A stretch of 64,000 bases of DNA from Actinomycetota bacterium. Its GTDB lineage: Bacteria > Actinomycetota > UBA4738. Each line of letters begins with the position of its first letter. The first letter of the stretch is position 1. The notes under the pieces are model-generated. The model had not been told where the DNA came from. It ran no database searches and worked only from the letters and a program-made list of their open reading frames with translations. The stretch is taken from positions 15,087-79,086 of the forward strand of contig DATABA010000022.1 of assembly GCA_036259835.1 (NCBI GenBank), given 5' to 3'. Shown here piece by piece: positions 63,657 to 64,000 of the stretch. The position numbers and the translations under genes were made by a program.

Positions 63657-64000
63657 CTCGAGCCGTGTGATCAACACGAAGCAGCGGATGATGGTCTTTG
63701 CGGGGACCATGCATCTGCGGCTCGCCGAGGAGATCGTCGAACACGTCGGAATTCGCCTTTCGGAGGCACGCATTTCCCGTTTCTCGTCGGGGGAGATCTA
63801 CTTCCGTCCCGATGAGAGTGTCCGTGGCGCAGACGCTTTCGTCATTCAAACGCATGCCGAGCCGATCAACGAGTCGATCATGGAGCAGCTCGTGATGATC
63901 GACGCGCTCAAGCGCGCGTCGGCCAAGCGCATCAGCGCCGTCATTCCGTATTACGGATACTCGCGGCAGGACAAGAAGACGCTTGCCCGGGAGCCGATTT
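63646..64000 (+). CDS. prs: Ribose-phosphate pyrophosphokinase, 3' end cut by window edge
   Basis: MVFAGTMHLRLAEEI...FSSGEIYFRPDESVRGADAFVIQT...MEQLVMIDALKRASAKRISAVIPYYGYSRQDKK. The start is uncertain (GTG 63646, GTG 63667 or ATG 63688). Confidence 0.85.
   Translation, partial: MANNSSRVINTKQRMMVFAGTMHLRLAEEIVEHVGIRLSEARISRFSSGEIYFRPDESVRGADAFVIQTHAEPINESIMEQLVMIDALKRASAKRISAVIPYYGYSRQDKKTLAREPI

Noticed and set aside
62175-63773. 532-aa minus-strand ORF
   Set aside because: It lies antisense to glmU and has no recognisable motifs.

Overview
This is a high-GC (about 65-70%), gene-dense bacterial chromosomal window. The gene order pmt-rsmI ... metG-tatD-rsmA(ksgA)-ispE-tRNA-Gln-glmU-prs, the fmdB-galU-moeA-membrane protein locus, and a mycothiol-type maleylpyruvate-isomerase family gene all point to Actinomycetota; this is an inference from synteny, with no database search run. 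Housekeeping regions make up most of the window. They include a potADBC polyamine uptake locus with accessory enzymes, molybdopterin genes, three ECF sigma/anti-sigma pairs, two class III nucleotide cyclases, SpoIID, a split corA, rpiA and three tRNAs. The accessory part is an ~16 kb island (27076-43083) inserted at tRNA-Ala(CGC). It is bounded by a 40-nt direct repeat of the tRNA 3' half and carries only a C-terminal integrase stub. Its cargo is an uncharacterised module that appears TetR-controlled: two near-identical 18-bp palindromes lie in front of the ABC operon and in the tetR/divergent-operon intergenic region. The module encodes a PotD-type ABC importer, a nucleotidyltransferase-metallophosphoesterase pair, an APC permease, two convergent M24-fold hydrolase paralogs and a nitrilase-superfamily hydrolase. 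I rate this module the best candidate for something undescribed. All functional calls come from reading the translated ORFs by eye for motifs, with no searches run. Starts that I refined by hand may be off by a few nt. Near 29.8-30.0 kb my manual base counting disagreed by 1 nt with the ORF track, so I kept the track coordinates there.
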